From Candidatus Hydrogenedentota bacterium (lineage in GTDB: Bacteria > Hydrogenedentota > Hydrogenedentia > Hydrogenedentales > SLHB01): DNA of 64,000 bases. Of this stretch, positions 62,409 to 64,000 are shown in pieces (positions within the stretch are counted from its first letter, which is position 1; each line of letters begins with the position of its first letter). The notes under the pieces were generated by a model. The model was not told the origin of the DNA. It worked only from the letters and a program-made list of their open reading frames with translations, and did no database searches. Both the position numbers and the translations under genes were made by a program. The stretch lies in the NCBI GenBank assembly GCA_963674865.2, contig CAXXYE010000009.1:160001-224000 (forward strand), in the 5' to 3' direction.

Positions 62409-62729
62409 TTATGCGCTGGCGCCGTCCAGCGCGCTGACAAGCTGCTTCTTCGCGGTGACGCCTACGAAACGCGTACTCTCTTGGCCGTCCTTGAAAATGA
62501 TCAGCGTAGGAATGCTTGCGACGCCGAACTTCTGGGCGATATCGCCAGCCGTATCCACGTTGACCTTTGCAATGGTTGCCTTGTCTTGGTAATCATCGAC
62601 GAGTTCGTCGAGGATGGGCGTCATCATGCGGCAGGGGCCGCACCATTCAGCCCAAAAATCGACGAGGGCTACGCCCGTGCCGATAGTCGTGTCAAAATTG
62701 TCCGTTGTCAGTTCGATAGCCTTGCTCAT
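62409..62729 (-). CDS. trxA: Thioredoxin
   Basis: VDFWAEWCGPC, SIPT. Confidence 0.95.
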   Translation of the reverse strand: MSKAIELTTDNFDTTIGTGVALVDFWAEWCGPCRMMTPILDELVDDYQDKATIAKVNVDTAGDIAQKFGVASIPTLIIFKDGQESTRFVGVTAKKQLVSALDGASA

Positions 62730-63069
62730 CAAACAATCTCCTCGATAGTGAGCAGGTTAATGCACACGGAAAAGAAGCTTCAATACATGACGATGTGAAC
62801 GCGCCATACAGCCGGGGAATTATACTCAAGGGCCCGGCACGGTGCAAAAACGAGCGATGGGCCGCATCGCCTGACAGGCCGGTAATGGCGCGTGCAGGTT
62901 TGTCAATCGTGCTGCTCGCCGGAATACGGACGGCGGAAGTAGGCACGGCCTATGGCCTTCCTTAAGGCTCCAGATGCGACTCGACCTCTGGTAGGTGTAA
63001 TATGCGCGTTTGAATAAGTAATGCCGGCAGAAAGCACGCTGTGAGCAGATCAAGGGAGAAAGCAAGGTA

Positions 63070-64000
63070 ATGAGCCGTTTTTGTGATCGCGTCAACTTGT
63101 TTCTTGGCACCGCGGGCGACCACGGCCAGATGTATCCTGGGGCCGAAATGCCCTTCGGATTGGTGAAACTTGGGCCCGATACGTTTCCCGGCGCCGTAAC
63201 GGGCAGCGCCCATGCCGGATACGACTATGACGACAAGCGTATCCTTGGCTTCTCGCACCTCCGGTTCAGCGGCGTAGGCTGCAACGGAGTCGGGGGCAAC
63301 GTCCTCGTGATGCCCATGACGCAGCAAAGGAGTATCGACCCGTCGGAGTATGCCGCGGACTTTGACAAAGCCTCCGAACGCTGCGCGCCCGGCTACTACT
63401 CGGTGGTGCTGGAGAAGGGCCTACGTGTCGAGCTGACGGCGACCCACCACGTGGGACTTCACCGGTACATGTTTCCGGAAGGTTCAAAGCCCACGGTGCT
63501 CATCGACCTGACCAGGGGCTTTACGCCCGTGCGGGATGTTCACTGCATCGTCCGGAATGATCGAGAATTGGCCGGCGAGCTGATTTCGGAACAAATGGGC
63601 GTTCATGGCCGGTATCGCATGTTCTTCTGCGTCGAGTTCCAGCGGCCTTTCAAGACAGTGACGCTCCATCCGCGGGATGCTGTCAGGACGATGGGAGCAA
63701 AGGGGCCGGACGGAAGACTGGTGGCCATGATCGGCCTCGAGCGTTCGAGTGAACCTGCACTCATGAGAGTGGGGTGGTCCAGCATCAGCATCGAGCAGGC
63801 TAGGCGAAACATGGAGGCGGAGGTCCATGACTGGGACTTTGCGCGTGTCCGCGAAATGGCCGCCAACGCCTGGGAAGACCTTCTCGGCCGGATCGAGGTG
63901 AGCGGGGATGATGTGCGGATGAGCCAGTTCTACTCGCACATCTACAGGACATGTCTTTCGCCATTTCACATCACCAGCTCTCGTGGGACCTTCATGGGCG
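63070..64000 (+). CDS. GH92 alpha-mannosidase family, 3' end runs off the window
   Basis: Not in the ORF track. MSRFCDRVNLFLGTAGDHGQMYPGAEMPFGLVKLGPDT..GYDYDD..ILGFSHLRFSGVGC; also PGYYSV and ELTAT. Confidence 0.88.
   Translation, partial: MSRFCDRVNLFLGTAGDHGQMYPGAEMPFGLVKLGPDTFPGAVTGSAHAGYDYDDKRILGFSHLRFSGVGCNGVGGNVLVMPMTQQRSIDPSEYAADFDKASERCAPGYYSVVLEKGLRVELTATHHVGLHRYMFPEGSKPTVLIDLTRGFTPVRDVHCIVRNDRELAGELISEQMGVHGRYRMFFCVEFQRPFKTVTLHPRDAVRTMGAKGPDGRLVAMIGLERSSEPALMRVGWSSISIEQARRNMEAEVHDWDFARVREMAANAWEDLLGRIEVSGDDVRMSQFYSHIYRTCLSPFHITSSRGTFMG

Noticed and set aside
62790..62960. Paired segments (CGCGCCAT/ATGGCGCG) in the trxA-GH92 gap as an ncRNA
   Set aside because: Short GC-rich complementarity is expected by chance, and no known motif was seen.

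Overview
GC-rich bacterial chromosome segment that very likely spans the replication origin. Gene style (PQQ/malectin, FG-GAP, TPR-SGNH and vWA-anti-sigma proteins, many glycoside hydrolases) suggests a PVC-associated or Hydrogenedentota-like organism; this is inference only. From left to right: a GDP-fucose/sugar-nucleotide cluster; large exported proteins; a small PD-(D/E)XK nuclease plus Dam methylase pair; tpx; a GH42-like enzyme; an ECF sigma plus vWA anti-sigma pair; a REP-flanked IS200/RAYT transposase relic; GH88; a MarR-Aas-lipase operon; an uncharacterised glycyl radical enzyme; mltD-like, pilT-like, rsmD, nrdR, fumC, proS, ruvAB and dprA genes; a peptidoglycan-recycling operon (GH1, kinase-MurQ fusion, SpoIID, anmK); nrdDG; oriC upstream of dnaN with no adjacent dnaA; asd, trxA and GH92. 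The most interesting observations are (1) a GH1 lacking its catalytic nucleophile at the head of the cell-wall recycling operon, (2) an extensively paired ~250-nt nrdD leader behind a perfect sigma70 promoter with tandem NrdR boxes, (3) an anti-sigma/vWA linker that looks like a mosaic of motifs from other envelope proteins, and (4) the oriC architecture. No tRNA, rRNA or CRISPR array was recognised. All family calls come from motif recognition by eye; no searches were run.
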